The notes under the pieces are model-generated. The model was not told the origin of the DNA. It searched no databases and worked only from the letters and a program-made list of their open reading frames with translations. A stretch of DNA of 63,364 bases, counting the filler, from Octopus bimaculoides (lineage: Eukaryota): assembly GCF_001194135.2 (NCBI RefSeq). It is 4 parts of 4 records of this genome, joined end to end, with 100 filler letters (N's around TTAATTAATTAA, not from the genome) between each part and the next. Parts side by side here need not be neighbours in the genome. Positions count along the whole stretch, not along the records: positions 1 to 17,167 come from NC_068993.1; positions 17,268 to 44,773 come from NC_069009.1; 2 more parts are not named here. One strand, written 5' to 3'. Below, piece after piece: positions 12,366-23,936 of the stretch. A program made the position numbers and the translations under genes. How positions within the stretch are numbered: the first letter of the stretch is position 1; every line of letters begins with the position of its first letter.

Positions 12366-13380
12366 GTTTGTATTTATAACATTTTAACTGTAATTCCTAT
12401 TTACAACAAAGAGTTAATACATTTAGGAAAACTTCAGTTAAGATAAAGAAGATTTTAATATATATTTTATCATATGTAAATTGATTCTTTAAATATACTT
12501 TTTAAATTTTAGCCATGTTTCTCCTCGACAGCAAGACACATGATTTTGCCCTTTGATCATTCATTTAATATTACACCCCCTTCAGGTAAGGAGTCTTGTC
12601 TTGTGAGTTACTTAGGGACTTGACTGGTACCACTACCACATAACAAGCAGCCAGCACCACATAAAAAAAAAACAGCACACACTGTGAAGTGGTTGGCTAA
12701 TTTCTTTTCTAAGATTTTCAATCCAGCTTGGCCAGGTAATAAAATAAAAAATGCTACAAATAACGCAAATTGTTAACTTTTAATTTTGTGTGAACAAAAA
12801 GGATTAACAAAATTTAGTTCGTTTGAAATAAATAACAAGAAATTGATTTTGTAAACTGACTTTTCATCAAATTCAACACAATATCTGATTGCAGGAGTAA
12901 CTATTTAGAATCTATTTAAAGTAAGAAGGAAATTTTATTACATAGCAAAAGTCTGTTGATTATTTAATTCAAAGCTATACTAGGATTATAATTTCTGGCC
13001 AAAATTATTACAAATTTTGCAGATAAAAGAAAGAAAAGTTTGCTTTTTATGGTTTGGTCTAGATGTGGACGCTATGTTCATAGCCTTCATAAGCCCTCCA
13101 AGACATATGATTGAGATTTCTAGCTACAGCTAAAATGTAGGCAGGGAGATAATTCCAGAGGGCTGCTGTTCTGAGGAGGAAGGACTCAAAAATATACTTT
13201 AGATAATGGTTATTTTAGTTTTATGATTTATAGCAACAGAAACATGTATTCATATCTGAATTTAGAATATTATTAATTTATTATTGCTTTTTAACAAACA
13301 CTGTATATATATATGTGTAGGAAATATTAATTAGTTCTATGAAACTTTGAAATTAAAAAGAAACCGTGAACATCAGTTAC

Positions 13381-13781
13381 TCTTTTACTTGTTTCAGTCA
13401 TTTGACTGCAGCCATGCTGGAGCACTGCCTTTAGTCGAGCAAATTGACCCCAGGACTTATTCTTTGTAAGCCTAGTACTTAATCTATCAGTCTCTTTTGC
13501 CAAGCTGCTAAGTTACAGGAATGTAAACACACCAGCATCGGTTGTCAAGCGATGTTGTGGAGACAAACACAGGCAAATAAACATATACACACACATATAT
13601 ATATATATATACATATATACGACGGGCTTCTTTCAGTTTCTGTCTACCAAATCCACTCACAAGGCTTTGGTCTGCCTGAGGCTATAGTAGAAGACGCTTG
13701 CCCAAGGTGCCATGCAGTGGGACTGAACCCGGAACCATGTGGTTGGTAAGCAAGCTACTTACCACACAGCCACTCCTGCTC
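13381..13781 (-). mobile_element. tRNA-head SINE, family A (central CA/TA microsatellite)
   Basis: On -: head GGAGTGGCTGTGTGGTAAG (A-box-like) ... GGTTCAGTCCC (B-box-like); tail ...CAAATGACTGAAACAAGTAAAAGA. About 20 copies in the window. Confidence 0.85.
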
Positions 13782-13897
13782 CTACAGTTAATGATTAAAT
13801 TATTTCAGTTGCTAAACTTATTGAGCCGTTAGCTTTGAATTTTATTTCTTGTAAGAAATCATCCACCTCTAACTGTTTCTATCTTCTATCTTTCTAG

Positions 13898-13978
13898 TTG
13901 ATGGATTCACCATGTATGATGGAAACCCTGAAGACTGTGGACAGGAAGACATTTTACAAAATAGCTGATGTTATGCAA
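13898..13978 (+). CDS. TAF7: TAF7 exon 3 (LMDSPCMMETLKTVDRKTFYKIADVMQ)
   Basis: Polypyrimidine tttctag| acceptor, CAA|gtaaga donor; 81 nt; aligns with human [27 protein letters not shown]. Confidence 0.93.
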
Positions 13979-15067
13979 GTAAGAGCTATGGTTTTCATTT
14001 TTCATTTCAGAATGTGAATATAAGTTTATTTTCAATCATTCCTTTCTTTTAGGTCTTTTGGCAAAAAATTTGTGACTTAATGTTTAATAACTGTCAGTAA
14101 TGACCCTTGTGAAATATAATATCTTTTTCAACAAATTTCCACTTTTTATCAAAAATATACATGTACCCACATTTATCACCGATTCATTCATCAATGATCT
14201 GAGATAACATGGTACACTCAGTCGTGAGCCATGTTATACTTATCACAAATTGGTCTGTGATAACATGGGTCAAAGATCCTGCTTGTACTGCAGAACCCTA
14301 CCCCAACGATCACCCACAATGCTCAGCTATTCAGAATGCCCTGGCTGCCACTTGTGTTTTATATGACTGTGTTACAAGGCTGTGTAATTTTTATATAGAT
14401 CTTTGTACTTATACTCAGGCCATCTTAGTAGCATTATAAGTCCCCAGCTGAATCAGTACATTGGGCCCCAAGATCTGTAAGGTCCCTGGCTAACTGTACA
14501 GTGAGCCCATGCTTTAAGATAGCACAGGGGCTAAGGGTAGTGCTAACTGGATACAAACTGGAGCTTGATCAACTCCAGCTGGGTGTCTGATGTAGAAAAG
14601 ACCCAAAATACCTAATGACACCCCAAAAGCATCACTGATGATGTGTCCAGGTGCATCACAGAACGATGATGGAAAAAAACTTAACTGATCCATCACGGCA
14701 ACAGTATTGATGAGGTATTTATATGAACTCATCATCATCTGCAGTTTTAACTCTATTACAATCAGCTGAAACTAACCACTGATTCATGTAACTTTAATGA
14801 TCTTTAAATTTTCATAAATCTTTGTAATTTAATTTTTAATTGATGCTATTAATTTCTACAGTTATTATACATGGTCATCAGTTCTAACCTCTCTATATCC
14901 CTGTATAGCTACTGAATAAGATATTTAATTTTTTGGTTTATGCACAACTTTTACACCTACTTCATGGTGAATAGTTAACTGAAGTCAGCAGTATTGATAA
15001 AATCCATCCTATTCCTGCAAGCATGGAATCTTTGGATTTATAATGTTTTCTAAATTAAATCTTGCAG

Positions 15068-15164
15068 TTGCTGATTTGTTCTTATGAGGATGATACAAGC
15101 CAAGATGAAAATGAAAGTCCACGGAAAAAAGACAAAGACAAGAAATACCACTACCCACATGGAA
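15068..15164 (+). CDS. TAF7: TAF7 exon 4 (LLICSYEDDTSQDENESPRKKDKDKKYHYPHG+1 nt)
   Basis: cttgcag| acceptor, GGAA|gtaggt donor; 97 nt, phase 0-1; aligns with human MLV...KKKDKDKEKKFIWNHG. Confidence 0.88.
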
Positions 15165-16680
15165 GTAGGTCACTTTATTGATTCTAGACAATATTATTAT
15201 GTTGGATAATCTCCTTCTTAACACTGAGGCTCTGGTTTTAAACTAAATACATTATTATTCAACATTCAGGCACGGGCGTGGCTGTGCTGTTGAGAAGCAT
15301 GTGGTCTCAGGTTCAGTCCCACTGTATGACACCTAGGACAAGTGTCTTCTTTTATAGCCCTAGGCTAACCAAAATCCTTTGAATGAATTTGGTAAATGGA
15401 AACTGTATGGATGCCCATCATACATATGTCTATATATATATCTATGTATATATGTGTGTATGTACCCTTGTGTTGACATCATGTGATGGTTGTAAACAAC
15501 CCTCAACATTTGATGCAGATAAGGAAAATTGCATGTTTTTGTAAAAATACAAATATGATGCACTTATAGTTGTGACAATATTTGCATCATCATTGTCGTT
15601 TAACGTCCACTTTCCATGGCATGGGTTGGACGGTTTGACTGAGGGCTGGTGAGCCAGAAGGCTGCACCAGGCTCCAATCCAATCTGGCAATGTTTCTACA
15701 GCTGGATGCCCTTCCTAACGCCAACCACTCCAAGAGTGTAGTGGGTGCTTTTTACGTGCCACCAGCATGAGGGCCAGTCAGGCAGTACTGGCATCACCAC
15801 GCTTGAATGGTGCTTTTTACATGCCACAAATGATACAATTGAATATATGGGAAGTTGACCAAATCTTCAGATTCTCCTGATAAAAGCTAGTTCTTGAATG
15901 ACTATGAAACAAAGTCCTAGACTACCCAGGTGGTATGCTAGATGTACTTGATAGTTTCTGTTACATATGTCACTTAATTAGTGTTAGAAAAGGTTATGGT
16001 AAAAGCGTAATTGCTAGACTAAGAAAATAATGGAAGAATTTCAAGGAGTAATTGTTTCTGGTGTCAACAAAGTTTTCCTTTCTTTATTGAAAAGCAAGCT
16101 CAATAAAACATAAAAAATGTGATGAATATTGAACATATGGATTTGTGAAAGCTCAAGGGGAAATTAGTTAAGTATAGTCTGTTAAAATTGCTGGACATTA
16201 AAGATATCAGCTGAGAAATGTCAGCATTTGAATGGACATCTACAGGACGAAATATATTCCATTTTCAAGCAGCAGAAGACCAGGATGATGTAGTGATGTG
16301 GTCATTTATGATGGTACAGAATTAAGGGAAGTGATAATATGCAGTATCCCATTTTACTTGGGAAACAGATGTTGATAGATGACAAAAAATAATTTTGTCT
16401 CTTAACTATGATATTTGAAATCATTTAATGGAAAATAGTCATCTCTGTATCATACTTAATGTTTATACACTGTTCATAGGTCAGTTATTATAGTATTTGT
16501 CCTGAGATAACATCCCTTATGGACATGCTGTGCTTTTATCAACAGTTTGTATACATTTTTTTAAGTAATACTGCCACAATTGCTTATATTGAATTCTAAT
16601 ATAAATTTTACAATACAAAAATATTTTTGGTTTCAGTGTATGATTTTAATGTTTTCTTAAATAATTAATTTTTCCAATAG

Positions 16681-16739
16681 TTTGTCCATCTTTAAAGAAT
16701 GTTAGAAAAAGACGATTCCGGAAAACGTTAAAAAAGAAG
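16681..16739 (+). CDS. TAF7: TAF7 exon 5 (I-CPSLKNVRKRRFRKTLKKK); last visible exon, no stop reached
   Basis: tttccaatag| acceptor, AAG|gtaatt donor; phase 1-0 completes the Ile codon; diagnostic LKNVRKRRFRKT motif. Confidence 0.93.
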
Positions 16740-16874
16740 GTAATTATAAGATTCCATGTATTTCTCTTGAATTTGAAGTAGGATTTGTGTTTGATTCTGT
16801 TTCTTCTTTTGCTGTCCAGCTTCCTTGTTGATGCTGCTTAGAGTGTAACATTTGTATAAATTGTAACTTTCATT

Positions 16875-17167
16875 TTCGACGAGTGACAGGGACCTTCTCT
16901 TTGTGGCTGGAGACTTCAACGGTCATGTCGGACGTCGTGCTGGAGGCTTCCATGGCATACATGGAGGCTATGGTTTCGGTTCCCGCAACGAGGAGGGAAC
17001 CAGACTGCTGGAGTTCTGTGATGCAACCGATCTTATGGTCTGCAATACCAACTTCAGGAAACCTGCCAGTCACCTAGTCACCTACCGCTCCTGCAGACAC
17101 TCTAGCCAAATCGACTACATCCTCGCCAGAAATAGGGAAAGAGGGCGGCTTATAAATGCCAAAACCT
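16875..17167 (+). mobile_element. RTE-type LINE APE endonuclease fragment, cut by an assembly join
   Basis: AGDFNGHVG...NEEGTRLLEFCDATDLMVCNTNFRK...SQIDYILAR; open frame up to the gap. Confidence 0.85.
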
Positions 17168-17267
17168 NNNNNNNNNNNNNNNNNNNNNNNNNNNNNNNNN
17201 NNNNNNNNNNNTTAATTAATTAANNNNNNNNNNNNNNNNNNNNNNNNNNNNNNNNNNNNNNNNNNNN
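17168..17267. other. Synthetic scaffold spacer (44 N + TTAATTAATTAA + 44 N)
   Basis: Exactly 100 nt; the palindromic linker has stops in all six frames; identical at three sites. Confidence 0.95.
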
Positions 17268-17475
17268 ACTACCACCACCACAACCATCACTTCCATCATC
17301 ACCACCACCACCACAACCAAAACCATGGACAGTACAGCATTACTACTACCACCACCACAACCATCACATCCATCACCACCACCACAACAACCATCACCAC
17401 CACCACCACCACAACCAAAACCATGGACAGCACAGCACTACCACCACCACCACCACTATCACCACCAACAACAAA
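17268..17475 (+). repeat. (CAC/CAA)n low-complexity tract in a REXO4 intron
   Basis: Read directly; it produces the poly-V/G tail of ORF 17299-17682. Confidence 0.9.
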
Positions 17476-17501
17476 ACAATAAGTAAATTCTGTGCACTGA
17501 C

Positions 17502-17695
17502 CGTCTATGAGTAAGTCCGGGGTTATTCCACTGACAGATGTCCTGTAACTTGTGATCTTTTGACTTGGCTTCACATATCGGTCATAGATGCATTCTCCAT
17601 CCTGGTTAACTAATGATGCTCGAGCAAGCATGTCAATGTCAGCAAGTGGACCAGTGCCGACCATTTCACAATCCAGCGCCACACAAGGTGTATTT
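17502..17695 (-). CDS. REXO4: RNA exonuclease 4-like DEDDh domain, internal exon (NTPCVALDCEMVGTGPLADIDMLARASLVNQDGECIYDRYVKPSQKITSYRTSVSGITPDLLIDG)
   Basis: ALDCEMVG ExoI motif; VNQxGxCxYDxYVKP and YRTxVSGIxP fit REXO4 better than ISG20L2/AEN. Acceptor ttggttgcag|, donor GACG|gtcagt; 194 nt. Other exons not found. Confidence 0.8.
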
Positions 17696-18755
17696 CTGCA
17701 ACCAATAGCAACAACAATAAGAAATTTGCAGAGAACTATTAAATGTATTTCTTCAGAAATTGTTGAGATTTTGTATAGATCACATAAGCTGTACCATGGT
17801 TGGATTAAGACTCAAAGAGGCCCTAAACTCTTTAAATATTTTAGTGTTCCTCCATATATAAGCGATTCAAAATATAAACAGTAATAAACCATAAAATAAA
17901 TTTATATTTTCCAAAATGAAACTAAACTAACAGTAAGATAGAAAATAATGTTTATTTTTGTATTCTTCCATTTTATTTATCTTTAAAATGTTTTCTCCTA
18001 CTTATTTTAATTGCAAAGTCTTTTTTTAATTACAAAGTCTTGTAAACCATTTAAAACCTCTCATGGTCGCTTTATCTGCTAGAAATAGCAGCTCAAATAC
18101 TCTTACATCAGATCTCAATGCTGGATGTTCAAGAACCAAATGAAGGCTAGATTCTCAATCCCAGGATCATCCATATTCCAAAAAGGTATAATATGTCTGT
18201 GTAGAGCAAATGTAGACTGAGATACAGGGGTCCAAGACCAACAGACAGAATTAATCTGCAAAATTAATCTTACATAACATATCTCCTTCTGTACCTAGTG
18301 AAGATAAGATATCCTGAATATCATTTTAGCAAGTTTAAAGGGATTTCTTTTGTGCCGTAAACCATTTACCATTTCTGTGGTACCCCCTACTTCGTATGAT
18401 GCCCTAAGCACATACTTATTTTACCTAATGGTTAATCCAGTGCTTGGCTGTATCAAAGATGCAGTCTCACAAATGAGATCTTTGAAAACTATATTCTTAA
18501 TAATACACTTGTCATTCCTTTTAACTTGACAGTCATTTTTGTCTTAGATGAAGAAACTAACTTAAAAGCCACACTCTGTGCTGACTTTTAAGCAAGCTCC
18601 TGAGGAGGAATAAACCGAAGAAAGCAATAATAATAATAAAAAAACATTTCTTGGTATCCTACCATCTCAGACTGTCACAAAGTTTTGGTATTAAATTCAA
18701 AAAGTTTTCATCAGTTATCCGACACACAATGTCTTGCTTATTATTCTTATTCTTC

Positions 18756-18793
<38 letters not shown>

Positions 18794-18796
<3 letters not shown>

Positions 18797-19370
18797 TAGT
18801 TTTATTTTTATAACGTGCTTTCACTTCACTACCGAGCGCAGCTCTGTGCGCCTTGGGTATGTGCTGTGGTTTGCTGTGGTGCTCTTATGTTTACTGTATT
18901 GAAAGTGTTTTGCGTAGAATGTGTGCAGTACCCAGTAGTGCAATTTTCTGTATGTTATATATATTTGTAAGTCCTGGTGTTTTTGTTATGTATTTGTCTG
19001 AATATTTTTTTATTATACCTAAGGCACCTACTATGATAGGAATTGTTTCTGTTTTTAGATTCCACATTCGAGTTATCTCTATTTCCAGGTCTTTGTATTT
19101 TGAAAGTTTTTCCATTTCTTTTAGAGAAACGTTGTCATCTGCTGGTATTGAAACATCAATTAGAAGGCATTTTTTTCCTTCATGATCTTTGACAACTATA
19201 TCTGGTCTATTTGCCTTAATTTCTCTATCTGTGTGTATTGGCATATCCCAGAGTATGGTTGCTTTCTCGTTTTCTGTGACCTTTTCTGGCGTGTGTTTAT
19301 ACCATCTTTTTTCTGTTGCTATTCCATAATGTTGGCATAGCTTCCAGTGTATATAGGTCCCAGCTCTGTC
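18794..19370 (-). mobile_element. 5'-truncated R4/Dong-like (REL endonuclease) non-LTR retrotransposon in (TTA)n
   Basis: Open frame DRAGTYIHWKLCQHY...ILWDMPIHTDREIKANRPDIVVKD...LIDVSIP...KYKDLEIEI...ALLGTAHILRKTLSIQ*; (TTA)n on both flanks. Confidence 0.85.
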
Positions 19371-19719
19371 TATTATTATTATTATTATTATTATTCTTAT
19401 TATTATTATTGCTAAGAAGGCATTGAAATGGCAGAATCGTTAGTGCACTGGACGAAATGGTTAGCGGTATTTCACCTGTTGCTACATTCTGAGTTCAAAT
19501 TCCACTGATGTTGACTTTGCCTTTCATTATTTCGAGGTCAATAAATTAAGTACCAGTGAAACACTGGGGTCGATATAATCAACTAGTCCCCACCCAACAA
19601 ATTTGAGGTTTTGTGCCTCCAGTAGAAAGAATTATTATAATAGTGAAGGGTGGTAACTCTTGTAAACCATCTAAAACCTGTCATGGTCGCTTTACCTGCT
19701 AGAAATTACAGCTCAAATC

Positions 19720-19951
19720 AGGCGGCGAGCTGGCAGAAACGTTAGCACGCCGGGTGAAATGCTTAGCGGTATTTTGTCTGCCACTACGTTCTGAGTTTAA
19801 ATTCCACCGAGGTCGACTTAGCCTTTCATCCTTTCGGGGTTAATTAAATAAGTACCAGTTGCATACTGGGGTCGATATAATCGACTTAATCCCTTTGTCT
19901 GTCCTTGTTTGTCCCCTTTATGTTTAACCCCTTGTGGGCAATAAAGAAATA
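19720..19951 (+). mobile_element. tRNA-head SINE, family C, with an 18-bp target-site duplication (other copies ~6419 +, 9900 -, 19425 +, 35845 -)
   Basis: GGCGGCGAGCTGGCAGAAACGTTAGC head; TSD agaaatt(a/g)cagctcaaat at 19701-19718 and 19952-19969. Confidence 0.85.
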
Positions 19952-20619
19952 AGAAATTGCAGCTCAAATGCTCTTACATCAGATCTCAATGCTGGATGTT
20001 CAAGAGCCAAATGAAGACCAAATTCTCAATCCCAGGATCATCCATGTTCCAAAAAGGTATAATATGTTTGTGTAGAGCAGATGTAAACTGAGATACAGGG
20101 GTTCAAGACCAACAGACAGAATTTCACTTTTATTCATATGAAACAACATGTTCTACATAGGTTGTACAAAAGGTGCATTTAAAGCAGGGAAAACTATAGC
20201 CTTTATTATATACTTGTCACCTCTTTTACCTTGACAGTTGTTATCAATTTTATCTTATATAAAGAAATGGACATGTTCTAGAAAGAGTTATTCTTTTACT
20301 TGTTTCAGTCGTTTGACCGTGGCCATGCAGGAGCACCTCTTTGAAGGGCCTTGAGTCAAATAAATCGACTCAAGGACTCTTTTTTTTTTTAAAGCTTTGT
20401 ACTTACTCTATCAGTCACTTTTGTCAGGTGGTGATGGGGGGGACAAACACTGACATATACATATATACAACAAGCTTCTTTTCGTTTGTCTTCCAAATTC
20501 GCTCATAAGGTTTTGATTGTCCTGAGGCTATAATAGAAGACATTTGTGCAAGGTGCCATGCACTGAGACTGAACCTGGAACCATGTGGTTAGGAAGCAAG
20601 CTTTTTACCACACAACCAC

Positions 20620-21331
20620 ATCTGGAGTAAGGAGGGAATGTTTCCACTGTGTGGATTGTCCCTTCATTTCTGGCTCAAAGTGATGAACCCACCACTCATC
20701 CCAGCTTAGGAAGCAATCAAGGAAACCAGCTGGATTTGCTTCAAACAATGTCAGATTTTCCCATGATGTGATCATCTTGGTGCACTTTTTATCAGGTGTA
20801 AGAAGACTTGGCACCCACTGAGTTGAAACCTTTGTCATGCCAAGTTCATTGTGCAGAATATTCTCAACTCTCTCATGAGATATGCTAATAGAATTGGCTG
20901 TTTGATTTATAGTCAATCGCCTGTCATCCATCATTATGTGGTGAACATGATCAATATTATCCTCAGTAATGGCAGTTGTAGGACGTCCAGACCTTGCGTC
21001 ATCTTCAAGACTCTCCCTTTTCCTAAATTCAGCTGCCCATATTTACACTGTTGATAAAGCTAGAGCATCATCCCCTAATGTAGCAACCATGTCAACAAAA
21101 TGTGCTTGGGGGCTAAACCCTTTTTCTGCAGGTACTTGAATAACACCATGATGCCAAGACAAGTTGCTACAAGTTAATTTTGAAATCTTCTTCAAACAGT
21201 CAGGCATGAGTTTACTTGGGAAGAAACAATGCAGTTATAAATAAGAAGATTTGAAATTAATGCATGCAAAATCTAACAGCTCTAGCATCACTCCTTCATG
21301 GTCAGCCTATGAACTTATCACCCCACCCTTG
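20620..21331 (-). mobile_element. Mariner transposon, 5' part, degenerate
   Basis: Peptide DDRRLTI...LGMTKVSTQWVPSLLT...DEWWVHHFEPEMKGQSTQW (WVPxxL and DETW-like motifs); mariner-like terminus next to TA at 21332. Confidence 0.85.
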
Positions 21332-22482
21332 TACTTCCTGTGCCTCTGAAATCTTGTATCCCGGCTGTAAGGCCTTATTTCCATATACATCAGCGTAATT
21401 TTATTTGTCCAGTCGAAGGACATCTGTTGTTATGTCCTGTTATTATTTTTATTGTATTTGTGTAACATTGTTTGTTTTTTCCCGTCCTTGGTTTTGTATA
21501 CATTCACTGCTTTCTCCCAAGGAATCTAATGCTTTTAGCTTAGTTTTTCCTTGGTGCTGGCCAGATTGGAGCAATATCGAGAATAACCAGCCAAAATTGC
21601 AAAGATAACTTTGAATGACATGTCCGTGTTTTCTTTGTATCGTCTATCTGTATGCTTTGTCCCTTTGTTGTATTACCTAACTGTCTGGATGTTTTGCGTT
21701 CTTGTCCCATTCTGTATTATCTATNNNNNNNNNNNNNNNNNNNNNNNNNNNNNNNNNNNNNNNNNNNNNNNNNNNNNNNNNNNNNNNNNNNNNNNNNNNN
21801 NNNNNNNNNNNNNNNNNNNNNNNNNNNNNNNNNNNNNNNNNNNNNNNNNNNNNNNNNNNNNNNNNNNNNNNNNNNNNNNNNNNNNNNNNNNNNNNNNNNN
21901 NNNNNNNNNNNNNNNNNNNNNNNNNNNNNNNNNNNNNNNNNNNNNNNNNNNNNNNNNNNNNNNNNNNNNNNNNNNNNNNNNNNNNNNNNNNNNNNNNNNN
22001 NNNNNNNNNNNNNNNNNNNNNNNNNNNNNNNNNNNNNNNNNNNNNNNNNNNNNNNNNNNNNNNNNNNNNNNNNNNNNNNNNNNNNNNNNNNNNNNNNNNN
22101 NNNNNNNNNNNNNNNNNNNNNNNNNNNNNNNNNNNNNNNNNNNNNNNNNNNNNNNNNNNNNNNNNNNNNNNNNNNNNNNNNNNNNNNNNNNNNNNNNNNN
22201 NNNNNNNNNNNNNNNNNNNNNNNNNNNNNNNNNNNNNNNNNNNNNNNNNNNNNNNNNNNNNNNNNNNNNNNNNNNNNNNNNNNNNNNNNNNNNNNNNNNN
22301 NNNNNNNNNNNNNNNNNNNNNNNNNNNNNNNNNNNNNNNNNNNNNNNNNNNNNNNNNNNNNNNNNNNNNNNNNNNNNNNNNNNNNNNNNNNNNNNNNNNN
22401 NNNNNNNNNNNNNNNNNNNNNNNNNNNNNNNNNNNNNNNNNNNNNNNNNNNNNNNNNNNNNNNNNNNNNNNNNNNNNNNNNN

Positions 22483-22551
<69 letters not shown>

Positions 22552-23309
22552 AATACATATACATATATCTTTTACTTCTTTTTAGTCATGCTGGAGCACC
22601 GGCTTGAAGGGTTTAGTCAAGCAAATTGACCCTGAAACTTATCTTTAAATCTGGTACTTGTCTTGTCAGTCTCTTTTACCAAACTACTAAGTTATAGGGG
22701 CATATTCCAGTTCTCAAATGATGATGGGAGACAAGTGCATGCACACACACACACACACGTGCGCATACCCCATGTATACACACATGCATATACACATACA
22801 TGCACGTACTTACACACAAGCACACACATACAAGTCCACATGCATGCACACACATGCACATACACACACACACACTGTTCCCGTCTATCAAATTCAGTCA
22901 CAACACTGCTCAGCAACAAGACACCTAAAAAAAAGATTCCACACAGTGGGACAGAACCTGAAACTACACGTTTGCAAGGCAAGCTTGTTAACCACACAGC
23001 TGGAGTGATTGAAGAGGAGAAGAGATAGAGACAGTGGTGAATAAGAGAATAAAAGAATAACAGAATTACAGTTGCGCCATATTAACAAACAGGTTTAGTA
23101 GATTTAGCTTGAGGTTTGTTAATGTCTACACTTCTTTTGTCTTCTTTATTCTGTATTCTGAATGTCTTCCTTTTTGCAGATTTTCTTCAGGCTTTTGAAT
23201 CTCTGTAATTAAAAAATTACAATTAATTAAAAAAAAATTACAACAAAAGAAATAAAAATTTTAATAAAATCATCAGGTTTAGTTGCTGGGGCAAGAAGTA
23301 CACAAACAT

Positions 23310-23468
23310 AGGTGCAGGCGTGGCTGTGGGGTAAGAAGTTTGCTTCCCAACCAAGAGGTTCAGGGTTCATTCCCACTACACCCTGGGCAAGTGTCAGACT
23401 ATAGCCTCAGGCCAACAAAAGCCTTGTGAGTGGATTTGGTAGATGGAAACTGAAAGAAGCCCGTTGTA

Positions 23469-23513
<45 letters not shown>

Positions 23514-23720
23514 ATATTTGTGTGTCTGTTTGTACCCCTACCATATGTATATGTTTGTGTGTCTGTGTTTGTACCCCTACATCCCTGTTACTTAGCAGTT
23601 CGGCAAAAGGCACTGATAGAATAAGTACTAGGCCTACAAAGAATAAATCCTGGGGTCGATTTGTTTGAATAAAGGTGGTGTTCCAGCAGGGCTGCAGTTA
23701 AATGACTGAAACAAAAAAAA
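23310..23720 (+). mobile_element. SINE family A copy
   Basis: Same head, body and tail as the 13381 copy, on +. Confidence 0.8.
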
Positions 23721-23936
23721 AAAATAATGAATATACATATATATACATATATATATATATATCATCATCATCATCATCATCATCGTTTAACGTCCGCTTT
23801 CCGTGCTAGCATGGGTTGGACGATTTGATTAAGGACTGGTGAAACCGGATGGCAACACCAGGCTCCAATCTGATTTGGCAGAGTTTCTACAGCTGAATGC
23901 CCTTCCTAACGCCAAATATATATATATTAATATATA

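Noticed and set aside
17212-17223. Palindromic TTAATTAATTAA motif at three sites
   Set aside because: Synthetic scaffolding linker centred in exact 100-nt spacers.
23085-23205. Lys-rich possible upstream REXO4 exon on -
   Set aside because: All three frames from the acceptor hit stops, or need weak donors; no REXO4 motif.
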